The notes beneath the pieces were generated by a model. It had not been told where the DNA came from. It saw only the letters and a list, made by a program, of their open reading frames with translations, and did not search any database. From Candidatus Nanohaloarchaea archaeon (GTDB lineage: Archaea; Nanohalarchaeota; Nanosalinia; Nanosalinales; Nanosalinaceae), in contig CP046106.1 in the NCBI GenBank assembly GCA_013343275.1, positions 384,001 through 448,000 on the forward strand: DNA of 64,000 nt, in the 5' to 3' direction. Positions 55,722 to 64,000 of this stretch are shown here, one piece after another; the first letter of the stretch is position 1; each line of letters begins with the position of its first letter. The position numbers were made by a program, and so were the translations under genes.

Positions 55722-56456
55722 ATGCAGGCAGAAAAGGAGTTAAGATTTTCAGTACCGGAGATATCCGAGGCCCTGGGCTTTCGCAGAGAACAGTTCCATC
55801 CTGACGAACTTCTTTCAGATGAGGAGTTCCCTCTTGACTACCCTGAGACAAGGCCTGAGGACAAGTACGAGGAATGGAACAGGCCTGACCTGAGAGCTTT
55901 TACCGATAATATTGGTGCTGCCTGGGAGGACAAACTAGCGGAGAGATATGACATGGATACTGTAAGAATCGGGCCAGTAGATCTGAAGGTTACGGAAGGA
56001 AAATTCGAGGATTCTCCGGTTCAGGCCAAGACAGCCTGCATAATAAACAGTAAAGGTCAGAGAGACGACGGTAGCTGGAAAACACAGCCAGGCCTTCTAT
56101 ACGTCAAAAGGCCAGAGATGGAGAGTCTAGCAGAGATGAATTTTGAAGATACATGTCTTGACCCGGATGAGTACAGCCCTCCAGCGCTTCTGCACGGCTC
56201 CGTACATTATCCACGCGAAGACATGCCTAAACTACCGGACAGCGTTCCAACAGCTACTATAGAATCACCTGATGACCGCAACTACAGTTTTGAGACAGCT
56301 TATGTAGGAGAGATAGTAACTCCTGTAGGCCCGTTATACAAAGACAACCAGGACGCGTTTAACAGCGGATCCAGACAGGCCTGGCCTCTTAACTGGAGAA
56401 AGGCCTTTGGGAGAAATATAGAAGATGAAAGTATTATGAGGTACTGGAGAGACTGA
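55722..56456 (+). CDS. Hypothetical protein, possible PD-(D/E)XK-like nuclease fold
   Basis: E...VDLKV...VQAK spacing. Confidence 0.5.
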   Translation: MQAEKELRFSVPEISEALGFRREQFHPDELLSDEEFPLDYPETRPEDKYEEWNRPDLRAFTDNIGAAWEDKLAERYDMDTVRIGPVDLKVTEGKFEDSPVQAKTACIINSKGQRDDGSWKTQPGLLYVKRPEMESLAEMNFEDTCLDPDEYSPPALLHGSVHYPREDMPKLPDSVPTATIESPDDRNYSFETAYVGEIVTPVGPLYKDNQDAFNSGSRQAWPLNWRKAFGRNIEDESIMRYWRD

Positions 56457-57176
56457 TTACTCCTCTAGCTCGAACTCCAGTCTTTCCACGTTCTCCCCTT
56501 TGGAAACCCTGTTAACTATGTTTATACGGCCGATCTCATTGATGTTGTCGACGTGAGTTCCTCCACAGGGACAGATATCGTCTTCACCGATAACCACCAC
56601 CCTCAGCGGATCCACGCTTTCAGGAATCAAGTCAAGGTTGGTACGGCCTTCGGTCATCTGCTCTTCTACCAGTTCACGCGCCATCTCTTTCTTCCGGACT
56701 TCCAGGCCTTTCTGGATCAATGCATTGGCCTCTTTCTCTATTTTCTCGACGTCTTCCTCGCTGAAATCTACAGGTTTGAAGTCTATCCGGGACTGGTCTT
56801 CGTGTATCTGGTTGCCGGCTGTCGTTGCATCGTACTCCTGCAGTGCAACCCATGAGAGAATATGCTGGGCAGTATGCATCCTCATATGTTTGTAGCGTCG
56901 CTCCCAGTCGATCTCGCCATGTACTTCCTGCCCTGGCTCCGGGAAATCGCCTTCAATGTAGTGACGGACTTCTCCATGCTCTTTCTGCACATCGACTACT
57001 TCTGCCTCGCTACCATCCCACGAAATCTTTCCCTGGTCCGCCGGCTGTCCGCCACCCTCCTTGTAGAACAGGGTTTCCTTCAGGCAGATATAGTTATCCA
57101 TCTCCTTTACCTTGCTTACCTCGGATTCAAACTCCTTCTGGTACTCATTGTCCGGATAGTACAGAAGCTCTGTCAT
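56457..57176 (-). CDS. alaXM: AlaX-M trans-editing protein
   Basis: FY..GGGQP.D.G, HTAQH, CGGTH. Confidence 0.92.
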   Translation of the reverse strand: MTELLYYPDNEYQKEFESEVSKVKEMDNYICLKETLFYKEGGGQPADQGKISWDGSEAEVVDVQKEHGEVRHYIEGDFPEPGQEVHGEIDWERRYKHMRMHTAQHILSWVALQEYDATTAGNQIHEDQSRIDFKPVDFSEEDVEKIEKEANALIQKGLEVRKKEMARELVEEQMTEGRTNLDLIPESVDPLRVVVIGEDDICPCGGTHVDNINEIGRINIVNRVSKGENVERLEFELEE

Positions 57177-57225
57177 ATCACAGGTTACGGCCTCCAGCTT
57201 TAATGCAGTTACTGTATTCAGACTG

Positions 57226-57795
57226 TCAACCAGGCAGCACCAAGTTCAGTAAAGTGACTACTATACCTGCAGCACCCATCCTTGCAGCCGCTACATACAG
57301 TTTCTGACCTGAGATATTCCCCATGTAAACACCGAACGCGGAAAGAAGGGCTACACCGATGGCTACTGAGGCAACTGTAGAGTACAGCATCCCGATCGCA
57401 GGTTCAAAAAGGAAGGGAATCAGCGGCAATAGTATACCAATCACCGGGCCTAAACCGCTGCTCAACGCATTGATGACGCGGCCCTGCTTCTTCTGCCTGT
57501 GGATCTCGGTACCTTCCAGACCTGTCATCATAGGTTCTTCAAGCTCGTGAACTTCAGCCAGTTTCTCTGCTCTCTCAATCTCCCATACACTCCAGATACC
57601 GGAGGTCGCAAGACCTATACCAGCGCCGACTCCGACCTTGAACACGGTAAGGCCTGTAGGCACTCCTGATAGAAAGCTTCCGACCGCTACTCCTGTAGAA
57701 GTCAGTGTTCCGTCGAATCCATTGGAGATGAAGTAGCGTCTGGATATCTTCCGGACATCCTCTTTCTGCCAGGCCTGTTTCAGGTCTTCAAACAT
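57226..57795 (-). CDS. VIT1/CCC1-family transporter
   Basis: RRYFISNGFDG, E.AE, PLIPF; next to DUF211. Confidence 0.85.
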   Translation of the reverse strand: MFEDLKQAWQKEDVRKISRRYFISNGFDGTLTSTGVAVGSFLSGVPTGLTVFKVGVGAGIGLATSGIWSVWEIERAEKLAEVHELEEPMMTGLEGTEIHRQKKQGRVINALSSGLGPVIGILLPLIPFLFEPAIGMLYSTVASVAIGVALLSAFGVYMGNISGQKLYVAAARMGAAGIVVTLLNLVLPG

Positions 57796-57798
57796 TGT

Positions 57799-58089
57799 TT
57801 ACTTGTCCTGCGGTGTCTTGCTTTCCTCAACCATTTTATCGCCGTAAACGATTTCATCGATCGAGTGAATACTGCCACCCAGATCCTCTATGGCCTCTCT
57901 GACTTCGTCATCGTCAATTTCCTGGCCTTCGATTGTTACTTTGAGATTTCTTACTTCTTCATCTATCTCATAAATTGTCGCGTTGACACCTTCTACTCCT
58001 GATGCTTTTTCCACTTCTTCTGCGAACTTTACCATACTCGGACTGTGAGGTTTGAGGACGTCCAGTACTAGCCTTCTTATCTTCGACAT
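57799..58089 (-). CDS. DUF211 family protein
   Basis: IRRLVLDVLKPH, GGSIHSIDE; start MSKIRR at 58089. Confidence 0.88.
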   Translation of the reverse strand: MSKIRRLVLDVLKPHSPSMVKFAEEVEKASGVEGVNATIYEIDEEVRNLKVTIEGQEIDDDEVREAIEDLGGSIHSIDEIVYGDKMVEESKTPQDK

Positions 58090-58161
58090 GTTTACTATAT
58101 CGGAGAAACTCAGGTTTAAAGTAGAGGGTTTAAGAAGTTTGTCTTCCAGTGTTTTCCTTGT

Positions 58162-58353
58162 ATGGGACGTGTAAGACAAACATATGTTAAGAGACTTGCC
58201 AAGGACCTGGTAAGTGCTGACGAAGAAAGATTTTCCGAAGACTTCGATGAAAACAAGGAAGAACTCAAGGACATGGACGAGTTCAAGTCAAAGAAGCTGA
58301 GAAACAGAGTTGCCGGCTACATTGTAAGAGTAATCGACAACAAGGAAGATTAA
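58162..58353 (+). CDS. rps17e: 30S ribosomal protein S17e
   Basis: MGRVR...VKR, DFDENK, SKKLRNRVAGY. Confidence 0.97.
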   Translation: MGRVRQTYVKRLAKDLVSADEERFSEDFDENKEELKDMDEFKSKKLRNRVAGYIVRVIDNKED

Positions 58354-60695
58354 AGGCCTCTGAAGAATACTGCAGCTGACGAAGCCAGTAAAGCTACCAG
58401 CTGGAGAACGCCAAGGCCTGGCACATCGAAACTCCTCTTCGCATCCTTTCTAACGTACACAGGTATCTTATCCGTATTATTTATACCAAGATTATGGTTA
58501 ATTGTAGTTATAGTCAGGTACTGCTGGCCTGTCGTGGATTCATCAGGAGAAACTATTATGTTAAACGTCTTGGAGCTATCGCTCGGCAGAGAGTAGCTTT
58601 TGGAGGCAGACCCATCAGGGAAGTGAGCATTCACACCTGAAAGCTTCGTCTCCATCCCGGTCTTGTCAAAGTCCAGAGGATTTCTCACAGTGTACCTGAA
58701 GTTTCCAGGACTTCCCGAAGAGGTAATAACTCCCGAATAACTGTACTCGCTCTGTGTCTGAGTCCTGTAACTGTTACGGGTAGCTCTCCTGAACCGGAAA
58801 ACCTCCGAAATAGTATGCCATCTATCCGAAACCGTAACATTCCACCTGTATATTTTACCTGCCTTATCAGCATTAGCCCAGTCATAGGTAACACTTGTCC
58901 TAGGAGAGACACCAGTTTCCTCCTTCAGCAACTGGCCTGTATCCTGATTATAGATTTTGACAGTCAGATCATTCAAGTTCTCGACATTGTTCTCGTCATC
59001 CACGTAAGCCCTCAACTGCACAGGATCACCGTACGCAGGGTTCAAGTTCTTCGGCTCAGAAGCATAAATCTCAGGCCTCGGATTCCTAACATAGTAGCTA
59101 TGCCGGTAGACAGAGTGTGCTCCGTAAGGCCCAACTATCTCGCTGGTAATATTGTACCATATCCGAGAATCATTGTTATCTATCCAATTAGTTCTCAAAA
59201 CGCCCTCAGAAGGCTTATTGTAGGAAACATCATCTCTGATCAACGTTCCATTTTTGTATAGATCATAGGTTCCCTGAACAGTATCAGGGTAGTAATGTGA
59301 GAAATCCAGCGTGAACCTAAAAGTGTCATTCCACTCCACCTTATCCGGCGAGGTAGATTCCAAGGCCACAGGATAACCTAGGGACTTCTTATTGTTCTGT
59401 TCATCAGGCTCCAGTATCTGACCCTCTCCTACAGGCAAGCTGTCAAATACTCCCCGGAAATCGAAGTGAGCCGATATCCTGTCAGCATCCTGAAAGACAT
59501 TGTGATTCGCCCCAACGCTAAAATTCTCTAAGTAACTTCCACCAGCAGAGATTGGAGGAATAGTACGGTTAATCAAATATCCATCTTCATCGTATATCTT
59601 CAGGTAACGTTCTTTCGATACAATATTGCCTTTGTTTCTCAGAGTTACATTGATATAGACCGTATCCTCAACTCTACTGACATTCGTCTCCGAGACATTG
59701 AGATCTACATACTTGACATCCTCAGTCCTCTTATCATCAAAATAATACGTTTTAGTTGATCCCTCTACATCCAGTGTTAGGTAGGACTCACCTGTTTTAA
59801 CGTCTGTAGAACCTTCCTCCCCAGGATACCATCTAAAGATCTCCGAGTGATATCCAGCAGAGGAATTAACGTTGTTCCTAGTATATCTAGTATAAGGCCC
59901 GCTGAGATCGGTAGAGGAATCATAGCTGCTTATAGGGATTGCATGGTCAGGTAGGACCATATGTAGATCTGCACTGGTTTCAGCCGTCACCTCTTCCTGA
60001 ATAGCACTGTAAACCTGATTCACAGTATCATCGGAAGCAGCATACCAGCACTTGTCACCATCATCATTCTCGGAAGTATCCATTTTACATTGAGACGCTT
60101 CGGTCATAGACTCGAAGAAAGAAGTTTTTGCTCCCGGATACATAATCCCGTGAACTTCAATACCTGCAGCTCTTGCCGCGTCAGCTTCATCCCCTGGGTC
60201 ATCGCTGCTCTGAGCATCTGCCAATACAACCATCACCTGGATAGGGTTACTACCGCTATCCAGGAGCTCCTTTGCTCTAGTTACACCACATGCAATACAA
60301 GAACTCTGACTATTCTCCCAGTAGTAATCAGCAGCATTTTTGGCGGCAGACTTATCACTAGTTAATGTCTGCAACTTATCTCCCAACTCTGCCACCGCAA
60401 TCTTATCCCCCTTATCAGTATTTGCATTATCAATATAGTTCTTAGTAGCTGAGGCTACATCATTTCGATTACTGCCCATACTGCCCGAACCATCCAGAGC
60501 AAACGCCGTATCGATAGGCTGATAGGGATTATTTATCTTATACGTAAAGTTGCTCTTTATCTCTCTACCCATTACGAACTCCCCATCACCATCAACATCA
60601 TCTACATCCTCACTTAGATCGCTGGCCGAGGCTGTCTGGCCTGAAGCAGCGCCTAGAAGAAGGAGTAAGAGCAGAGCTACGACAGATTTTTGCAT
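58350..60695 (-). CDS. Cell-surface protein: signal peptide, vWA domain, Ig/CARDB-like domains, PGF-CTERM-like anchor
   Basis: MIDAS DGSGSM, VVLAD, VTLRNKG, C-terminal VPGL + TM + R. Confidence 0.8.
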   Translation of the reverse strand: MQKSVVALLLLLLLGAASGQTASASDLSEDVDDVDGDGEFVMGREIKSNFTYKINNPYQPIDTAFALDGSGSMGSNRNDVASATKNYIDNANTDKGDKIAVAELGDKLQTLTSDKSAAKNAADYYWENSQSSCIACGVTRAKELLDSGSNPIQVMVVLADAQSSDDPGDEADAARAAGIEVHGIMYPGAKTSFFESMTEASQCKMDTSENDDGDKCWYAASDDTVNQVYSAIQEEVTAETSADLHMVLPDHAIPISSYDSSTDLSGPYTRYTRNNVNSSAGYHSEIFRWYPGEEGSTDVKTGESYLTLDVEGSTKTYYFDDKRTEDVKYVDLNVSETNVSRVEDTVYINVTLRNKGNIVSKERYLKIYDEDGYLINRTIPPISAGGSYLENFSVGANHNVFQDADRISAHFDFRGVFDSLPVGEGQILEPDEQNNKKSLGYPVALESTSPDKVEWNDTFRFTLDFSHYYPDTVQGTYDLYKNGTLIRDDVSYNKPSEGVLRTNWIDNNDSRIWYNITSEIVGPYGAHSVYRHSYYVRNPRPEIYASEPKNLNPAYGDPVQLRAYVDDENNVENLNDLTVKIYNQDTGQLLKEETGVSPRTSVTYDWANADKAGKIYRWNVTVSDRWHTISEVFRFRRATRNSYRTQTQSEYSYSGVITSSGSPGNFRYTVRNPLDFDKTGMETKLSGVNAHFPDGSASKSYSLPSDSSKTFNIIVSPDESTTGQQYLTITTINHNLGINNTDKIPVYVRKDAKRSFDVPGLGVLQLVALLASSAAVFFRGL

Positions 60696-60791
60696 CTCAT
60701 ATAGTTATGGGCTAGGCTAGAATTAAAGATTGTTGGAGCAGTTAAACACCAAAAACTCAGAATTATCAATCTTTACCTACGAAAGTGGCCT

Positions 60792-61562
60792 ATGGAAGAG
60801 ATAACTGAGAAAAATACCTTTTTCTTTGATATTGAGAGAACATTGCTGAGATGGGATGAGACTCTTATCGGGGCCGAAGAACTGGTTTCCAGGCTGAGAG
60901 ATGCTGGCAAAAGAGTAAGATTTCACACGGATAATTCCTTGATTTCAAGGAAGGCCTATGCCCGCAGACTTACCGATAATGGAATCTCTGCCGAGGAAAG
61001 CGATATTCTCAGCTCCACATATGTTGCCACAGAACATCTCTACAAAAACGATGTTAGCTCCGTTTATACTGTTGGAGAGTCGGGCCTTATAGAGGAGCTG
61101 GAGAGGAGAGACATCAAGGTTTCCAGAGATGCCGAGAATACTGTTGTAGGCCTGGATAGGAAGCTTACCTACGATAAAATTTCGGAAATCATGGATAGAA
61201 GCAGTAAAGGCCGGATTTTTACGTTGAGCAATCAGAGATTTTTCGAGAAGAGTTCAGGCATGCAACCTAACCAGGGTGTGATTAATGCTGCGATCAGAGA
61301 GTTTTCAGAAACCAAGAACCTTGGTAAGCCATCTGAGGAGTTTCAAGATATTTTCCGCAACTACTTCTCCTATTACCCGGGTAACTCTGTGATGATTGGC
61401 GACAGGAAAGAGGATATTATCCTTGGGAACGAGCTAGGGATGACGACTGTAGCAGTTATGTCGGGAGAACTCGATGAAGAACAGCTACGTAAAGCAGAAG
61501 GCCTTGAGGAGCCAGACTTTGGTCTTTCAAGCCTTCACCGTTTGAGCAAGAAGATTATTTAG
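60792..61562 (+). CDS. HAD-IIA (NagD-like) hydrolase with degenerate motif I
   Basis: FFDIERTL, T.NS, LGKP, MIGD..ED. Confidence 0.8.
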   Translation: MEEITEKNTFFFDIERTLLRWDETLIGAEELVSRLRDAGKRVRFHTDNSLISRKAYARRLTDNGISAEESDILSSTYVATEHLYKNDVSSVYTVGESGLIEELERRDIKVSRDAENTVVGLDRKLTYDKISEIMDRSSKGRIFTLSNQRFFEKSSGMQPNQGVINAAIREFSETKNLGKPSEEFQDIFRNYFSYYPGNSVMIGDRKEDIILGNELGMTTVAVMSGELDEEQLRKAEGLEEPDFGLSSLHRLSKKII

Positions 61563-61604
61563 AACTGGGAAGAAAGCAGTTTAAAGAATTGCACTGAAAT
61601 AACT

Positions 61605-63704
61605 GTGTTAGGTGAACCAGCTATCGCAGACGAAGACAGAGTTACGATCACATCCGCACTACCGTACATTCACGGAGTACCACATCTTGGAAACATGGCA
61701 GGAAGCGTATTGCCAGCGGAACTGATGCATAGATACTATGATGTAATAGGAAAGGAGAATATCTTCATCTGCGGCGGCGACGTACACGGAACACCGCTCG
61801 AACTCGAGGCTCTGGAACGCGGAGAAGACCCACGAGATATCAAAGACAAGCAGAACAGGAAAGTTAAAGAGGCCTACGATAGCCTGAACGTAGACTTCAC
61901 TATATTCAGCGATACTCACAGCGAATACAACAGGAAACAGACGCACGACATGTTCGAGGAGCTTTACTGCAGCGGCCTGATCAACGAGAAGACTCAGAAC
62001 ATGGCCTACTGCCAGGACGACGAAAGATTCCTTCCTGACAGATACATTGAAGGAGAATGTCCTCACTGTGGAGGCCTTGCACGTGGAGATCAGTGCGATG
62101 ACTGCGGAAAACTGGTTGAGCCAACCGAGATAGAGAATCCGGAGTGCCAGATCTGTGGAGGCCACAACATAGAGTTCAGAGATACCGATCACCTTTTCCT
62201 CGATCTTACAGAGTACAAGGACCGGATCAGAGAATGGATCAAAGAGGAAAATCCTGTACCTGAGAACATGGAGAAGCAGATCCTGCACGACCTGGAAGAG
62301 GCCGAGGACCGATCGATCACGCGTGACCAGGACTGGGGATTCGAGATTCCTGTAGAAAGAGTAAATGAAAGAATTGAGGACCAAGGCTTTGACGTGGAAA
62401 AGCTTGATCCCGAGGTTTACGATGATAAGGTCCTGTATGTATGGTTTGACGCACCGATTGGCTATATCGGGTTTACCAGAGAGCTCTTCAACGATTCAGA
62501 GGAATGGAAGAAACACTGGAATCAGGATGCAGACATATACTATTCTATCGGGAAGGATAACGCTATTTTCCATACCGTAATATGGCCTACAATGCTACTT
62601 GGTGCCTCCAGCGAGGATATAGAGTATGGATTGCCGAAGTATGAGTTTATCCAGCAGTACCTAATGTGGGAGGATGGCGCCTTCTCCAAGTCCCGTGACA
62701 GAGGAATCTTCATCGATGAGGCCGTAGAGTACTATCCTGCGGATTACTGGCGGTTCTACCTTGCGAAAATGCTTCCGACAGACCACGACACCAACTTCTC
62801 GTGGGACGACTTCGAGGCAGAGATCAACAACGTCTTGAACGATACAGTCGGGAACTTCGTCAACAGAACCCTCAGCCTCGCCGAGCAATGGTTCGACAAC
62901 GAAGTACCGGAAGCAGATCTAACGGCGAAGGACGAGGAAATACTAGAGGAAGCCGAAGAACTAGTCGAGGAGTACAGAAACGAGTTTGAGAGCCATGAAC
63001 CTAAAGAGGCTCTTGACTCATCTCTGGATCTGGCAAGACTGGGAGACCGGTATCTCTCAGAGGAAGAGCCATGGAACAATGAAGGCCGTAGAGAAGAAAC
63101 AATCTATGTAGCCATCCAGATTATCCACAAGTTAGCCTCGACACTCTACCCATTCATTCCGGAAAGTAGTGAAAAAATGATGGAGATGCTTGGAGAGGAT
63201 ACGGAGATTGACAGCGAGGAAGACTTGCTATCAGAAGGCTCTATCGAAACCGTGGGAAGTGGCAGAGAGCTTGGAGATAGAGAGATTCTCTTCGAGAAGA
63301 TCGATGTCTCAGAGTACAAGGAGGAAGATACTATGGATGAAGAATCAGAAGGTACAGAAGATCACGTCTTGAATGTCGAAACCGTTAGCTTCGATGAGTT
63401 CAGAGAGATGGATCTACGTATAGGTCGGATCGAAACTGTTGAAGAGCATCAGAATGCCGACAAGCTGTACAAGGTAAAAGTGAATGTGGGCGATACAGCA
63501 CTTCAGACCTGTGCAGGCCTCAGAAACCATTACGCAAAAGAAGAGCTCGAAGGCCGTAAAGTAGTAGTTTTAGCGAACCTTGAGCCAGCAGAGCTGAGAG
63601 GCGAGAAGAGTGAATGCATGATGCTCGCTGCCGAAGATGATTCTGGTAACGTTTCATTGTTGACCGCCGATCAGGAAATGAAAGTAGGGAGTGAAGTAAA
63701 GTAG
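61605..63704 (+). CDS. metG: Methionyl-tRNA synthetase
   Basis: ALPY..G.PHLGN, zinc knuckles, YVWFDA, GKDN..FH, FSKS, C-terminal Trbp111-like domain. Confidence 0.97.
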   Translation: MLGEPAIADEDRVTITSALPYIHGVPHLGNMAGSVLPAELMHRYYDVIGKENIFICGGDVHGTPLELEALERGEDPRDIKDKQNRKVKEAYDSLNVDFTIFSDTHSEYNRKQTHDMFEELYCSGLINEKTQNMAYCQDDERFLPDRYIEGECPHCGGLARGDQCDDCGKLVEPTEIENPECQICGGHNIEFRDTDHLFLDLTEYKDRIREWIKEENPVPENMEKQILHDLEEAEDRSITRDQDWGFEIPVERVNERIEDQGFDVEKLDPEVYDDKVLYVWFDAPIGYIGFTRELFNDSEEWKKHWNQDADIYYSIGKDNAIFHTVIWPTMLLGASSEDIEYGLPKYEFIQQYLMWEDGAFSKSRDRGIFIDEAVEYYPADYWRFYLAKMLPTDHDTNFSWDDFEAEINNVLNDTVGNFVNRTLSLAEQWFDNEVPEADLTAKDEEILEEAEELVEEYRNEFESHEPKEALDSSLDLARLGDRYLSEEEPWNNEGRREETIYVAIQIIHKLASTLYPFIPESSEKMMEMLGEDTEIDSEEDLLSEGSIETVGSGRELGDREILFEKIDVSEYKEEDTMDEESEGTEDHVLNVETVSFDEFREMDLRIGRIETVEEHQNADKLYKVKVNVGDTALQTCAGLRNHYAKEELEGRKVVVLANLEPAELRGEKSECMMLAAEDDSGNVSLLTADQEMKVGSEVK

Positions 63705-63723
63705 AAATAAAGAGAAGGAGAGT

Positions 63724-64000
63724 TTACTCAGCCTGAACTTTGCTGAGGCCGTAACGCAGGTTTGTGGAGCCTGTACCTGCTTCTGGCTCTTCGCCAGGAG
63801 TTCTTTCTTCTTCAGGTTCTAGGCCAGCATTAACTGCTTCTTCTACAGTCATTCCTCTCGACATGTCTTCCGCGAGGATATTTCCGCTTTCGGAGCCTCT
63901 TTCTTCTCTACCACCATAGACTTCTGCTCCAGCTTCCCGTAGCTGGGCCTCTGCTTTGGCCTGTTCTTTTTCAAATACTGCTCCGTATCTATCGCCGTCG
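63724..64000 (-). CDS. 3' end of an acidic hypothetical protein (partial)
   Basis: Open frame ...DGDRYGAVFEKE...GLSKVQAE* running in from the window edge. Confidence 0.55.
   Translation of the reverse strand, partial: DGDRYGAVFEKEQAKAEAQLREAGAEVYGGREERGSESGNILAEDMSRGMTVEEAVNAGLEPEEERTPGEEPEAGTGSTNLRYGLSKVQAE

Noticed and set aside
60792-60850. HAD motif I DIERT instead of DxDGT as a sign of a pseudogene
   Set aside because: Nucleophile Asp and later motifs retained and ORF is full length; treated as a variant

Overview
64 kb of a small-genome halophilic archaeon, most consistent with Nanohaloarchaeota (DPANN): very acidic proteome, compact genes, stand-alone 5S rRNA, BHB-type tRNA introns. 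The taxonomy is inferred, not searched. About 1.4-16.6 kb is a copper/metal and thiol-redox cluster (two PadR regulators with Cys-rich TRASH-like tails, a YHS permease, DsbA/cupredoxin/DoxX genes, DUF411, DUF305, DUF302, a P1B-3 ATPase). Six copies of a TATCA-N5-TGATA operator tie it together, and its 4.2-16.6 kb part nearly lacks the AGGCCT word that is abundant elsewhere. The rest is mostly core genome: mre11-rad50, csp, trxB, four tRNAs, pyk, PAN-like ATPase, gatC/A/B, ftsZ, NusA-like, ABCE1, AlaX, rps17e, metG. Most unusual items: (1) structured RNA elements on both sides of ftsZ, GGGA-loop hairpins upstream and complementary C-rich-loop hairpins downstream; (2) a YbaK-GatB/Yqey fusion directly after gatB; (3) ABCE1 whose FeS domain has no cysteines; (4) the PadR-TRASH operator regulon; (5) a rearranged PPDK-like dikinase head-to-head with a metallophosphatase; (6) an unassigned pseudoknotted RNA candidate near 30.1 kb. 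All calls are from motif recognition by eye; no searches or folding programs were run.
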